Part shown: positions 28,206-42,306 of the stretch, one piece after another
Position numbering within the stretch: position 1 is the stretch's first letter
Layout: the number at the start of each line of letters is the position of its first letter
DNA from: the human T2T-CHM13v2.0 reference genome, Homo sapiens
Direction: 5' to 3' (one strand)
DNA length: 64,000 bases
Assembly (NCBI RefSeq): GCF_009914755.1
Contig: NC_060934.1
Position numbers and translations under genes: made by a program
Notes under the pieces: model-generated
What the model saw: the letters and a program-made list of their open reading frames with translations, nothing else
What the model was told of the DNA's origin: nothing
Databases searched by the model: none

Positions 28206-30683
28206 TTACAGAAGTTGATGAGAACAATAAGTTATTATATGACAGGACACTGGCTGAAAGTAAAGAACGACAATTTCCAAACAACTTATTCTCCATGGTC
28301 ATTCCCAGGATTCTATTAAATCCTACCACTTTTATTCCTCTTGATTTCTGATTACATTTTTCTTTCATAACTGCAGGTTTAGGGGAAAAAAACTCGATGT
28401 GTAATATGTTTATTATAGTACATATTTAAATAGCTCTCATTAAAGCTCAGTGAAACATATATAGCACTACAAATGACACTAATGCAATTAACAATAATTT
28501 ATGTGGGACCCTGTATGTTTTAATACACAGAAATAAATTACTTGATAATAGAAAATTAATAATGAATTTGTGATGCTTGTGGTAAGATGCTGACCCAATC
28601 ATGTATTGTTTCCTTTCTAGATTTTAATATTTATATAATTTAGATGTTACTTTTAAAAAAAAGGGAGTATTTTAAACTCTTATAATTATATCTATTTCTA
28701 TTAATTTATAGTCAAGAGGGGTACATTTACTTAAGGTAGAAAAACATCATTTACATTGCATTAACATTTTACTAAGAGATAAAATGTTTTCACCTATTAG
28801 TATAAAGGAGCTTATTAGACTTTGAGTATATGGCTTTTCAATTTATTTTTGTATAAGCAAAAATTTTCACTTAAAACAATATGGCTATTTTGATGATCAG
28901 CTACTATTCTTACTTGTTGCCATTTTATTTATTTATTCATTTATCTATTTTTTTGTAGTTAGCCTTAGGGACAGTCTGATAGATCTTAGTATTAGGTAAA
29001 GACTAAAAGTGCCTAAAACCTTACAATATGTACGCTAAAAGCTGCAGAAGACTTGCCTTAAACATAGTCAAAACACCAGCTTCCTATAGGGTGTGGAATG
29101 GCCACAAATCCTTTGGGAACAAGGGATATAAATAAGTATATGAATAAATATTTGTGGCATAATGGAGGCGGTAACACGCAGGACTGTTGGTCCAAAACTA
29201 TCAACATGACTAGACTATCGCACATTCCTTCACCGGAGAGAGACCGTTAAACAGAAGACTGCACCTTCTTCACTGCAAATACTCCTGGCGGGGACACTCC
29301 TGAAGCTCTTGGGAGTGATCCTCCCTCCTGGTCCAATGCCAGAGAGTGTGAGGGGAAGGCATCTGTGGGAACGGCCCAGGGCCCAGAGCAGGGAGGCAGG
29401 AGCCCAGCAAAGCCACCTTCTACCCCTTTATTTAATTTCCTAACTCGGAGGTTTTAAAGGAAAAGACAAGCAAAGGCCTTTTATTGATGGAGAAATGTGA
29501 TTCTTAAATTTGTGTGTACATAGACAGAGAAGACCTGCACATCTGTGTTGTTTTCAAATGAAAGTTCCATGGAAGAAGCTCCTGTTGAATCTGGGAACCA
29601 CCAAGGACGTTGGCTGGTGTGTGGGCAGCACTGGGAGGGCGGCTTGGGTGGCCACACTGCTCTGCTCCGAGGTATTGGTTTGATTTGGGGCATTTGCTTC
29701 ATCTCTCTCTGCCTAAGTTTGCTCATCCATAAAATAAATTGGACTAGAAGATCCCTAATATCCCCACTGTTGTCTTTTTTTTTTCCCAAAGAGCAATAAC
29801 CAGTGAAAAGGAAAATGAGTAATTTATATTTTCTCAACTAGTTTTGAAATTACAACCCTAGGCTTACAGCACTGCAGTTACTTCCTATGATTCAGTTAAT
29901 TAAAAAATAAAATACAAAAATATTGAAGAAAAAGGAAAAAGTGATTTAGGCAAAGAATAAAATCATGATTTAACACTGAAGCTCCAGGCTTCGTGGGCGT
30001 TGAGTAGCATTAAAGCTGGGTGAGTGCTACATTTCCCACCGCACACTTCACCCATTCTTTACAAGAAGCAAATTCACATCTTGCAAGGCATTACATTAAT
30101 TTCTGACATCTTCCATGCATTATAGTCATTATATCATTAACTACACACGGATTTTATTTTGAAAAGAGGGAAATGAAACCATCGTTAGGTTCTTGACTGA
30201 AGACCTGAGAACATTCTACTTAAATTAGTGAGTTTCATTAAGATGAATTTCATATGAATTGCACACGTGAATAATAATTGTTGATAGAAATGAAATAAAT
30301 CTACTTGGTTTAAAAGTGCTAAGTGGTAATAATGAATGACTATAATTTACCTGGATAAACGTAGCTAGAAATACGATTACCAATCATTTAAATATTTAGG
30401 TTTTAGAGGGAATTTTATATTTCAAATAATGATCTCTAAACAAATCATATTTCTTTAAATATCTCCAGTATCAGTGGCTTATTTTTCTAATACCTCAGGC
30501 TTAAAGATGATAATGGTGTCTGGTCATATCTAGGATGAGTGAGTGTTACTCAGTGAGATAAACATAAGAACATTTAGAAAATGAGATGATAAAAACTAGA
30601 TCTGTATTTACAGTGAAGCCACCCAAGAGATGCTCTCTATATCTAGTAAAATGTTATCTATTAGTCAATCAATAGTATAATAA

Positions 30684-30884
<201 letters not shown>

Positions 30885-31509
30885 TAGGATCTGGAAGATA
30901 AGAATCTTCTGAATTGGCCAGAGTTTCTTTGAGGACATTTCAAGATACTAAGGGACAGAAGCTCATTGTGATGGTTTGTGCAGCAGCAATACCAGTAACT
31001 TTGAGATGTTAATTCCTCTGCTCCAGGCAGCCCCCTTCCTGACCTCAGCCACACACACACACCACAGGCTAGCTTTACCCACTTAAGGGACGGGCACAGG
31101 GACTGGCCCTGAACACATAGCTCAGCTTTATCAAGAGGACCAGATGACTGCTCTTAAGATGTGTGTGGCGGGTGATTTAATACAAATAATCACATTGATC
31201 AGTTACAGGGGACACCTATTTGCAAATCTTATTTAGTTTGAGGCAGGCACAAAGGTGGCATCCAATTGTAACTCTCTTAACTTAATGAGGCACAAGGAAA
31301 CCTTAATTTCCAATGTTTTCTAATAAAAACATACAAGCAGAATAGAAGATTATATAACAAAGAGGTTCTACAGATTTTACATTACTTCCTTTTTTTAAAT
31401 AGAAATCCTCTGAAAAAGAGGTACATAGACCTTGGAATAATTAACTTAAAAGCAATAAGTAATACTCAAAACCTCTTAATTCTAATTTCAAATATTTAAA
31501 AAAGAATGT

Positions 31510-31795
31510 TGGAGATGATTGTGAAGATGTTGGTCAAAAGATTAAAAATTTCAGTTAGACAGGAGGAAAAAATTCAAGAGATCCATTGTATACCACGATG
31601 ACTGTAGTTAATAATACTTTATTGTGAACTTGAAAATTGCTAAGAGAGTAGCTTTTGAGTGTTGTTACCACACAAAGATAATACACATGTTATTTAGCTT
31701 GATTTGGCCATTCCACAATGTGTGTGTATATAATGTTGTACACATGATACTTTAATTTTTGATATTTAACTTTTCTCAATTAAATAAATAAATAG
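31510..31795 (+). mobile_element. L1MA (MA8/9-like) 3' end
   Basis: gatgttggtcaaaag..aaatttcagttagacaggagg..ttgaaaattgctaagagagtag; A-rich tail. Confidence 0.8.
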
Positions 31796-33694
31796 ATAAG
31801 GAATATTGTAACCTGATAAATACCAGGTTTGTTTTGAACAAAACAACAGAATGTATTTGCCCAGGCTTAGTAATATTCCCTTAAAATATCATCGTATTAC
31901 AATGAGATCTTATACTTTATATAGGTGTGTGTATATACACACAGAAACACATACATATACTTTCATGAAAATGAGAATAAAAACATTTTAGGATGATAGA
32001 AACAATGTATAGTGAAATAAATTGGTACAAGTAAATGTTTATTGAAAATTTATGGCCAAATTACAAGTGGTGACTCTTAAAATAATTTGCATGCCTAACA
32101 TAGCCTATGCACAAATGTGTCACATTTTTTTCTTTTCTTTTATATTATATTGAAGGGTTATTTGTGAGAACATCCACCTCATAGTTGGGAGCCCTCCCTG
32201 GAAATTTGTATCCCTCAACCTTGATATTCTAATTTCTACAATGAAATCTCCAGAAACAGCTTCATATGGTTCAATGAAGAGGTTTGCAATTCAGGGTAAC
32301 TTGTGGGCCATTATTTTTCCAGTAAAGAAAGAAAAAAATGAAGAATATAATATATTAACCTTATTGTACAGAGTAGCTGGAATATTAAGAAGTAACCTCT
32401 GACCTTAATTTATTGATAAGGGCTTGCCTTTGAGTTAAAGAATTTTGTAGACCTAAAATATACACAGAAATCAGGGCTTAAGAAAGCCTGGCAATCTGAT
32501 AAAATTAAGTAAAATTTCTTTTGCTGAATGGACAGAATCATGAATTAGTTGGTTGAGCGTGTCCACAATATAACTTTTCTTCCGTGAGAGAATTTTGGAG
32601 GTTGGCTTGGCAGTTAATAAAATTTGCTTTAGAGATGAGAATCAGACATTGCAAAGGTCAGACAGAATTCCTCAGCAGATTCTGCACTCATGAAAAATTC
32701 AGCCATTCCTCTTGATTTCCTCCCTCGCACATTGTATGAACATTTCCGCTTGCTGGCAGGTGTGTGCCTGGGGCTGGGTATTGGACCCACCTGATTATTT
32801 CCTGGTGTATCTCGTCCTTTCCACTTAGCTCCCTGCTGCCTATTCTAGAAGCAGCATACACAGATGCATGAGCCAGTGTCTGTGGCTTACTGCTGAGCCA
32901 TTCTCTTCTAAATACCACCAGTAGTCCCATTCCAACTGAGAGCCAAAGATAGGTTACAATAGAGTATTTTCAGTTTCCACAGTTTGTGGCATGTATTTAT
33001 TTTTGTTTTGGTTTTTACTCATCTGATTGATTTGGGGGGGTTGGGAATTACCAAAATGCTTTCGCACAGAAAATACTTTAGGATCTTGGTTTCAAAGGAC
33101 ACAACTCTTACCTATCACAGGGATGCACCCATTCACTTAATAGTTTATAATGAGACAGTGTGATTCATACGATCAACACTGAAGCCACAGTATATCGTAT
33201 TCTGTGCCATATGTTCTCTGTTGCATGGGTATTCTGGAGCAAGGGGGAAGTGAGGCATCTTAAACTGGAAACTAAAATGTAAAGAAAGAACCAGATCTTT
33301 GGATTCTTGGGGAGTTGCATTTAGAACTTGATTTTGATGTCATCTTGCTTCAAAATTTCTTTTTTTTTTTTTTTTTGATTCATCCCTTCCCCAGAGTGAC
33401 TTTTCAATATGATTATAATTAAAATATGGACAATTATTGTGCTGGCTCTTAGATCACTGAATGAGTCACATGTATTACATCCATCACTATACCAGCCTAG
33501 AACTCTTTCTTTTCTTGTATTAATTAAAATCTACCGTATTTCTAACAGGAAAAATAGTCATTTTAAATAAAGGTCTGATTTTTTTACAAAGTGTGTATGA
33601 GACACTCTATTATACAGCTGGGAGCAAACAGGTATGGGGAGCTTGCAGAAGGAAGTCTGCAGTAGAGAGAGAAGCAAAGGCAGTTGGCATATAT

Positions 33695-33790
33695 GCACTT
33701 TGGCCTAGATTTTGCACACTGCAGCTGAGTGATTTTGGCAAATCACATATCTGTTCTGTACTTAAATTCTTTTATCTATAAAATGGTAGC
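33695..33790 (+). mobile_element. MIR core relic
   Basis: gctgagtgattttggcaaatcacat..ttcttttatctataaaatgg. Confidence 0.6.
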
Positions 33791-33824
33791 AAGCTGTCTT
33801 TAAAGTGTAAAAAACTAACATTTC

Positions 33825-34596
33825 CTTGGATTGGGTTTCAACGTACTCCAGTAGCTCAAAGATCTTCATTTCTATCTATATTCTGAATCCTATTTCTGTC
33901 ATCTGAACCATCTCAGCCTGGTTCAGAACCCTTGCAGGGGAGATGATGTGGTCATTTGGAGGAAAGAAGACCCTCTAGTTTTTGAGTCATCAGGTTCTTG
34001 CACCGGTTCTTTCTCATTTTTGTGGGCTTATGTTCCTTCAATCTTTGAGGTTGCTGACCTTTGGATGTTTTTTGTTCTTGTTTTTGTTTCCTACTTGAAG
34101 ACCTTGAGGGTTTGATTGTGATATAAGATGGATTCAGCCGAATGATTTCATTCCTGGAAGATTTTAGGGGGTCAGCTCTTAGCTCCCAATTCCTGGACTG
34201 TGGGCTCTAACTCTGGGGACTTGTATTGGGCCCTGACTTTGTTCTCTGGCTCCTCCAGTTTAGGAGTCTACTGTGCTGGATGTGGCTGAGGTGCTCCCTG
34301 ACTGCTGGTCACTCCACTCCAAAGGGTGGTGTCAGCCAAAGAGTTTCATAGTGCGGTGACGATGGGATCCGCCCATGTTTGCACGTGCCAGGAGCAGCGG
34401 TAGCAGCAGCTCCAGGGGGGTGCACACTTGTCAGCGGCAGTGGGGTGCTGGCGGGTGCCAGAGGGCCTGCCGCCCTAAGGTCGTTCACGATGGTGTCAGC
34501 GGCAATGCAGCTGGGGTGGAGGGCCTGCTGGCAGCTGTGCGTGCAGTGACACTGGTGGTGTTGGCTGCACACACACAGTTTGGTGTTGGCTCCAAC
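33825..34596 (-). mobile_element. Primate L1 (L1PB/L1PA15-16-like) 5'UTR-to-ORF1 fragment, no 3' end, flanked by an 11-bp direct repeat
   Basis: Antisense ORF1-start phrases (gtggtcatttggaggaaagaag; caatctttgaggttgctgacctttggatg) followed by GC-rich 5'UTR; actaacatttc at 33814-33824 and 34597-34607. Confidence 0.8.
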
Positions 34597-35894
34597 ACTA
34601 ACATTTCAAGTCTGGTGGTATATATCTATCGTCTATAGTACACATTCATTTTCTATCATGCGCAAACACTGTGTTAAGGTTTTTAATTTTTAGTCACCTT
34701 AAAAACAATCTTCTTGTATTGTTTTGTTTTGATACAAAAACTCTTAGGATTGTTGTAAGTATCTCCATTTTCAGAGAAGAAAATGGAAGCAAATGGAGAC
34801 TGACTTCGCCAGGATTGCATGACCCAAGGTAACAGTGCAGCAAGGACAGCAGCTCCTGTCAGACAAGAATCTCTTCAACTTACTGATGACAAATTTACAT
34901 CCCTGCTTGAATCGACTCTCCTTTTCTTTCTCTCGTTTTATTGATCTCTGAATGCCATTTTCTTCAGCCTTCTTTGAAACCTACTGTTATTTATTTGTAC
35001 TGTCCACTCCCTTACTATCTTTAAACTCTCCCTCTTGTGACTGTCACATGCAGACATTCAAATATGCACAGTTCATGGATATTTTAAAAATGCAACAAAA
35101 CTAGATACTTAAATTACCTGAATCCATCTAGCTTCCAACACACCGTTATTCACAGCCAAAACACATATTCTTAACTTCTGCACCTGCCAGTCATTACTCT
35201 ACCGATCCCAATCTAGATCATATATTTAGAAATTTCTGGAGTTAAAAATGTAGCTAAGAACAATGGAGATTTTTAGCTTACCTCAAAAATCTTCTTTAAT
35301 CCCTAGGTTATTTAAAAGTGTATTTTTTAATTTCCAGATATCTGGGGGAATTTACCAGATAGCTTTATGTTCTCAATTTATATTTTAGATCTGTTATTGT
35401 TTTAGAACTCACTTTATACAATCTCTGTACTTTTAAAGTTGTTAATGTTTCTTTCATGACCCAGAATTTGGTCAGCCTTCTTGAATGTTTCATTAAAAAG
35501 AAGGTACATTCTACTCTCCTTAGAATGTTCTATAAATGTCTATTAGACATTATTGGTTGGAAATATTGTTCACGTGACCCATATCCTTACTGATTTTTCT
35601 GTATATTTATTGCAGAAAGGAGTGTTATTAAGTTGTTACTATAATTATAGATTTATCTGTTTCTCTTTCCAAATATATCGGTTTTAGCTTCATGTATTTT
35701 GAAGCTCTATTTTTATATGTACATACATTTAGGATTCTGATATATTTTTGGATCATTTATCACTTTATGTAATATTCTATTTTCAACTTTTCTAAAATTA
35801 ATATAACACTTTACCTTTTTTGAAGAGTATTAACGTTTTAGTGGTGTATCAGTCTTTATTCTTTCACTTTTTTGGCTATGACTTTACCTTATAG

Positions 35895-36055
35895 TGGCTT
35901 TACTGAGATCGAATTCACACGTAGCACTTATCCTTTAAAGTGTATAATTCAATGAGTTTTCATATATTCACAGACACTTGCAACCATCATCACTATGTAA
36001 TTTCAGAACTTTTTATCATCTCAAAAAGAAAACCCGTGTCAGCTAGTACTCATGC
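35895..36055 (-). mobile_element. L1MB-like 3' end fragment
   Basis: gctttactgagat..tttaaagtgtataattcaatgag..gcaaccatcatcact..tttcagaacttttt. Confidence 0.7.
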
Positions 36056-36309
36056 ATCTGTTCTTTTTTAATCTAATTATATCTTTGCACTTAAAGTGGA
36101 TTTCTTGTAGATAGCATACACTTTGATCCTCCTTTTTCACATCTAATCACACAGTCTCTGTCACTTAACATATATGTTTAGATCTTCAGATTTAGGGTAA
36201 TTATTGATATGGTTGGATTACAGTCTAAGATTTTGCCATTTTCTAATGGTTACACTTGTCTTCCTTTCCATTTTCTCCTTTTTTGGCCTTTTTTGGGTTA
36301 TTGAGCATT

Positions 36310-36845
36310 GTATATATTCATTGGAATAATAGTCTACTTTTAAAAAGGGAAACTTTGTCATTTGCAGCAACTTGCATGAACCTGGAGGACATTATGGTAA
36401 GTGAAATACGCTAGGCATAGAAAGACATATACTGCAGAATCTCACTACCATATGGAATGCAAATACTTGAATTCTTAGAAGCAGAGAATAGAATGGTGAC
36501 TTCCAGGGGTGAAAGGATGATAAATGGGGAAATGCTGTCCAAAAGGTACAGGGTTTGAATTAACCAGGAGGAATAATTTCTAGGGATCTGTTGTACAGCA
36601 TGGTAAACATTAGTTATAATGTCGTTTTTTATTATACTTAAAAATTGCAAAAAGTTTGGATTTGAGTGGTCTCATGACACACAAACACACACACAATATA
36701 ACTATGTGAGGCAGTGGATGTGATAATTACCTTGATTATGGTAATCATTTCACAATTGTATTCATCTATCAAAACATCACATTGTACACCATACTTACAT
36801 ACAATTTTACTTGGCTATTATACCTTAAGAAAGTTGGAAAATGTA
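36310..36845 (+). mobile_element. L1MA-like 3' end
   Basis: tttgcagcaacttgcatgaacctggaggacattatggtaagtgaaata; gattatggtaatcatttcacaat..aaaacatcacattgtacacc. Confidence 0.85.
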
Positions 36846-38175
36846 AGAATAAAATACATTTTATTTTATATTTATTTATCTCTTTTCAGGGTTTTTTACT
36901 GCTTTGTGAAGATCCAAATTTCTATTCTAATTTTTAACCTTGAAGAACCCCCACAAATATTTTTTGTATTGCAGTTCTGTCAGCAATTTATTCCTATTTG
37001 TCTGAAGAAGTCTTTATTTCTCCTGCAATTTTTAAGGATATTTTTGCTTGATATAGAATTCTGGGTAGATTTAATTTTCTTGCATCACTTTCAAGATATA
37101 ATTGTGTTTTTTCTTGCTAGCATGGTTTCTGATGAGAAGCCTCCGATAATTGCGTTCTTGTTACTCTTCAGTTAATGCATCTTTTATTCTCTGGCTACCT
37201 TCAAATTGTTCCATTTCTTTGGATTTTAGCACTTGGAATATGATATGCACTTAGCAATGCGTGGTGTGTGTGTGTGTGTGTAACTGGTTTGTTGTTTACT
37301 GGTTTTCTTGGATCTGTGGTTTAGTATCTATTCTTAATTTTGAAAAAGAAAAAACCTCAGTCATACTTCTCCCAGTACTTAATTTTGCTATAGTCTCTTT
37401 CTATTCTTATTCTAAAATTTCAATTATACATGTGTTAAATCATTTGATGTTGTTCCACAGCTCTTGAATGTTTCATTGTTTTCCTTTTTTATTGTGATTT
37501 ATTTTTCTTTTCAGTGTCAGTAATTTCTATTGACCCATACTCAATTTCACTGACTATTTTCTCTACTGTGTGAAATCTACAAATTAGCCCATCAAAGTCA
37601 TTTTTAATCTTTGTCACTGTGTTTTTTTATTTATGGCATTTACATTTAATTCTTTTAATTTCTACCTCTCTACTGAAATTATCCACATGGTCTTGCATGT
37701 TGTCTCTGTTTTGCTACAGCTTTTCAAATGTTATTGTTTTAAATGTCCTGTGTGATCCTTGCCTGGTGTATTGTTTGTGTCATGTTCATATCTAGTGTTA
37801 ATGATTTCTTTTTGGGGAAAATTTTATTTTTTCTTGAATTTCATATGTCTGCTGAAAGCCAGACACTTTATGTAGATGGATAGAAACAGAGGTAAGTAGA
37901 TTGTGTGCTTGGCCATGACTGTGTCTTTTTTTCTTAAGCTTTCATGTGGCCAGGACTCAGGTATGGAAAGCAAGGTGCCAGCCTCAGACTAACTTCATCT
38001 TCTCTGTCTGAACCTTGTGAGGTGTGTGGAAGAAAAGTCTGAGAGAGAATGTCACGCCCGCACAAGACCTGCAGTCCCTGGAGCTACACAGTCTTGGCAT
38101 TTAGAAACCATTGAAGAGTCTCAGCTTATATGCATCCATTGACATTTGCCCATGGTAAGTAAATGTTTAGGTCCT

Positions 38176-38580
38176 CATAATTGACGGGTCTCCCACCTGT
38201 TCAGTCAAGGGTCTTTGCCTGCTGCCTGAACCTTGAAGGCCAGGCACTGAGCCAACGCCAAGGGACTCAGAGGAGGAGCAGGTGTTTCTAAAAACTGAAA
38301 CACCCCAGAGAGTGTCTGAGCAACTACCAAGAAAAGCAGTCTCATTGTTTAAATGCAGTAGGCAAACAGCTAGAAAATCAGCTTAAAAGTGGTTTAAAAA
38401 GAAAAGGCGGCATAGACCTCTGCAGCTATCCTGCTGCCATCTGGGAATGCCTCATACGTAAATCCAAATAAACTCATCTACTCGCCAAGGTGGACTTGTC
38501 TGAGTCATTATTTGGTCTCTCAGATCCCTCTCAGTTTGTGGAAAAATTTTTTAATAGAATTCCAGGTTTTTCTTGTTACA
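38176..38580 (+). mobile_element. ERVL-class solo LTR (LTR42/LTR47-like; subfamily uncertain)
   Basis: About 405 bp ending ..gttaca, with an AATAAA (~38467); 5-bp TSD gtcct at 38171-38175 and 38581-38585. Confidence 0.65.
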
Positions 38581-38839
38581 GTCCTGTTTCTTTCAGCAGG
38601 CACCCATCTCTCCTCATATTCCCAGCTGCATGGTTGTACTACAATCACAGTTTTCTGAGTGGGTTCAAAAAAAGTCAATAATGTGCTGTTTATCTAGCAT
38701 TTTTTGTAAGTGTAGGTGTATCTGTGTTCATCTTTCTTTGTCTCAAAGCAGACAGATATTGCTTGTTCTTATCTTATATACTCTCCGTCTTTTTATTAAG
38801 TTTAGGTGCTTCTTTCTTTCTGAAACAATCTCTTGTTCT

Positions 38840-39640
38840 TCCACCCCTTCTTCAGCCTCTCCACCTCAGCATCCTCTTCAGGACTGCATTTTTCTGTTCA
38901 CTATGGATGTCTTCTCTGGAGATCCTCAGTATTCTACATCATCACCACTTCCATTTCTTTGGTAATCACATACGTCACCATTTCTCTGTCTCACACTGCT
39001 CTTCTCAGTTCTAAAGCCATGTATCCATTTGCAAAATGTAAATTTTTTCTTACATGTCCCATGAGCCTCTCAGACTCAATACACCCAAAACAAATTCTGT
39101 ATCTACCACCTCAAGTTAGTCATCTTTCAATGTCCCCTCTGTCTTGGTAAATTCTCACCTACTCTGTTGCCAAAGCTAGAAATCTGGAAGTCGTGGATAT
39201 TTTCTTCTTTCTCCCTCGCATGTAGTTATTTTTCAAATCCTGTCAGCTCAATAGCATATTTACTGATTTGTTTCCACTTCTTTTCCTTCCCACTCTATCT
39301 GAACTATACAAATCACTATTGTCTCTTGACAGAGCAAAATCCACCTCCTAACTGGTCTCAGATCCACTCCCCACGTTGTGAGCCATGTGACGTATCCTTA
39401 TCACATATATATTATGTAATTTTTCCCAGTTGAAACCCTTCAATATTTTCCATTGCTCTAAGAATAAATCCAAAATATTTAACGTGGTCCTCTGTGACCT
39501 GGTGCCTACCTATTTATCCAAACTTCTTTTCTCCGGGCTCTTTGGTCTAGCTGTTCCAAAGTTCTTCTTGTGCCTGTTCACCTTTGGTCATTCTCTTCCT
39601 AAATTTTAGGAGAATATTTGTTAAGTTACTGAATAAATTA
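38840..39640 (+). mobile_element. L2 3' region
   Basis: gttgccaaagctagaaatctggaagtc; aacccttcaatattttccattgctctaagaataaatccaaa..gacctggtgcctacc. Confidence 0.7.
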
Positions 39641-40056
39641 CAACCCTATACTTTGATTACTTTAATCACTATAACTCGAATGAACTAATTAAAATATTGA
39701 TTGCTGGTACTATAGTAGGCACTGGCATTGGTATGAGGCAGCTGTTCATTTATCTTTTCATTCTTCATCCAGTAAAACAGTGAACAGAGACAACAGGTAA
39801 ATGTGGCTTCCCTAACAAGCTTACAGGAATTGCAGCTTTGATTCTACTTCGTGTTTTCTATGCTAACCCTGTACTCTTCGCTGTTTAGCAGCAATCTCAT
39901 CTTTGTCTTCCTTAATGCCTTCTCCAGTTGGCATTTGGGTGACCTTTGCCCTCACCCTGATCTCTTAATTTTTGTATTAACTTTTCTTGACAGTGATCGT
40001 ATCCTATCAGGTTTTATTTAACATTCTGCATGCCTTTTCTCACAGCCTAGATTGTA

Positions 40057-40059
<3 letters not shown>

Positions 40060-40088
<29 letters not shown>

Positions 40089-40377
40089 GAGATGGAGTTT
40101 TGCTCTTGCTGCCCAGGCTGGAGTGCAGTGACATAATCATGGCTCGCTGAAACCTCAACTTCCTGAGTTCAAGCAATTCTCCTGCCTCAGCCTCCCCAGT
40201 AGCTGGGATTACAGGTGCCCACCACCACCCCCAGTTTTGTTTTTTTTTTTAATTTTTAGTAGAAACAGGGTTTCACCATGTTAACCAGGCTGGTCTCGAA
40301 CTCCTGACCTCAGGTAATCCACCCACCTCAGCCTCCCAAAATGCTGGGATTACAGGCGTGAGCCACCGCACCCAGCC
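40060..40377 (-). mobile_element. AluSq-like with ~29-nt T tail
   Basis: gagttttgctcttgctgcccagg; ctcctgacctcaggtaatcc; TSD tgtatactttt on both sides. Confidence 0.92.
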
Positions 40378-40409
40378 AACTGTATACTTTTTAAGTTTAC
40401 TTTAATTCA

Positions 40410-40770
40410 AGTATTTCTAGCATCTGTTTTATTTCATGGCCTTTGCTAGATGCAGAAGATAAATTCATTTTGGAGGATAAAATGAACAAGAATAAATAAG
40501 ATCGACATACTCCCCCTTCATTTATAGAACTTATTATCTACTTCAAGATACAAGCAGATAAAAAAGATAATTAGAGAATGATGTGGAATGGCCCTGGTGG
40601 TGGGATGTAGAGTGTCATTTAGAAGAAACAACATGCCCATAGATGGAGGATTGAGGACGGCTTCTCAGAAGAGGTGGGGCTTACGCAGGACCTGCTAAAT
40701 GAAATATCTAAGTTAAAAAAGTCCAGTTTGAAGATCAAAGGCTTGATAAGATTGGGAGACAGCTTGAAAT
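40410..40770 (-). mobile_element. L2 relic
   Basis: Antisense L2 phrases (gctagatgcagaagata..aaatgaacaaga; ggcttctcagaagaggtg). Confidence 0.5.
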
Positions 40771-42214
40771 TGCTGCTGAGAAGGGAAGAGAACAGCGGCT
40801 CAGACTTTTAAAAAGATTGACAGCTATGTCACGGTGCGTGTTTATAAGGCTGCTCCCTTTCGAAATGAACACAGAGCCTTTGAGCAGGTGCTCCTAAAGT
40901 TTGGTTATTGATTGTTAGCTGATTATATTGAATTCTTTAAAAGCTGCTATTCCTCCAAGCCTCTTAGACCATGCACGTCATGTCCACATTTCTCCTAAAT
41001 TATTTAGCAGTAATGGGTTGCAATTATATTAAAAACAATCTCTAAGTTACATAGCCATCTTCTGATTGCGAATTGCTTTCAATAGCATTCACTCCCTAAT
41101 TTCTCAAAGTGTGAAAGATGTTTGTTATTGTATGGCTGAAATAACACAATTTGTTTTATTTTAACATTGCCAGCCACTCATGATACCCATGTAAGTCTCA
41201 AAATTCATGTGAACAATGTATTCACTTTCAGAACTGATGAAGTCATACAGTGAAGAGCATAATTACATTACTGATTAATGATTCTATAGGTTATATAAAG
41301 ACACATGCCATCTATTTTTGACCTAAAACTAGTAATCCATGAAATGACATTCTTAAAAGGTTTTACTTGTACTGCTCCGAAACAATGTCACCAAATGAAC
41401 ATACTAATGTGGATTTCGGGCCCTTCCGACTGTTTTTGCAGCTTGAGAAATGATTTTCAATAAAGGGGAAAACATATTCAATATAATGCTTTTCTCTGTC
41501 CAATCGCTTATTATATATCTGAATATTAAGGAATCCTTTATAATATAGTCTACTAATAAAATGACTCAAATTCATGTAATATTCATGTAATTTTATTCAG
41601 AACAATATATTATGGCTTATTTTCAAACTACCAAACTGTTGGGATGGTGTCTGGGTTTAAATACAAACAGGCCCAAGTGCATAGGATATACTAAAATTCA
41701 GTTATGTAAATATTTCATCTCTTTGGATGAAAAATATAATTGTTATTCATTCATAGCATAGAAAGCCACAGAACCTCTACAGAAGCCATAACATTTAAAA
41801 AATATATAAAAACTCAAAAAACAATTTTGATTGACTTTCTGAAGCTCTTTAAAGAGAGATTTGGAGTCAAGTATGTTGCCATTATAATTAAACAAAAAAA
41901 TTTCAACATTTAACTAAATTCCATTTCCCTCTTCAGGGAAGATTTTAGGATGGTAGATTCACTAAATTATACTGGTGTAGCTGTGCCTCGGACCACCCCC
42001 AACCCCTTATATGTATTTAAAATATGCATGAGTATCCTGCCAGGGGAATAGGCTAAAAGAAGAATATTTCACTTTTATAGGCAATGTGTTTGATATTTAA
42101 TTTTGTTGTTAAAAATTTGAATATTTAGTCTGGTGCATCCAGAATAAATGGAGATATAGATGTTTTAAATGATATTACTTCCTCTGTTAGGGTGTTCTGT
42201 TATTTCTTTCCTTT

Positions 42215-42306
42215 TTCAATTTTTAATTTCTAATTATTATGGGTTCATAATAGCTGTATATATTTATGAAGTGCATGTGATATTTTGAGACAGGCATACA
42301 ATGTGT
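42215..42306 (-). mobile_element. Short L1MA 3' terminus
   Basis: tatgggttcataatagctgtatatatttatgaagtgcatgtgatattttgagacaggcatacaatgtgt. Confidence 0.75.

Larger units (their letters stand above)
35280..37910 (-). mobile_element. Old L1M (MD/MC/ME-like) ORF2-EN/ORF1 region, antisense, with nested L1 3' ends
   Basis: Antisense EN-domain phrases (tagaatgttctataaatgtctattag; ttttagcttcatgtattttgaagctct; ggatatttttgcttgatatagaattctggg). Confidence 0.7.

Noticed and set aside
34300-34570. GC/CpG-richer patch as a CpG-island promoter
   Set aside because: It is the 5'UTR of the L1 fragment; short, with many CpGs decayed to TG/CA.
36714-37175. 153-aa hydrophobic ORF resembling a membrane protein
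   Set aside because: It spans an L1MA 3' end and T-rich antisense L1; the hydrophobicity is compositional.
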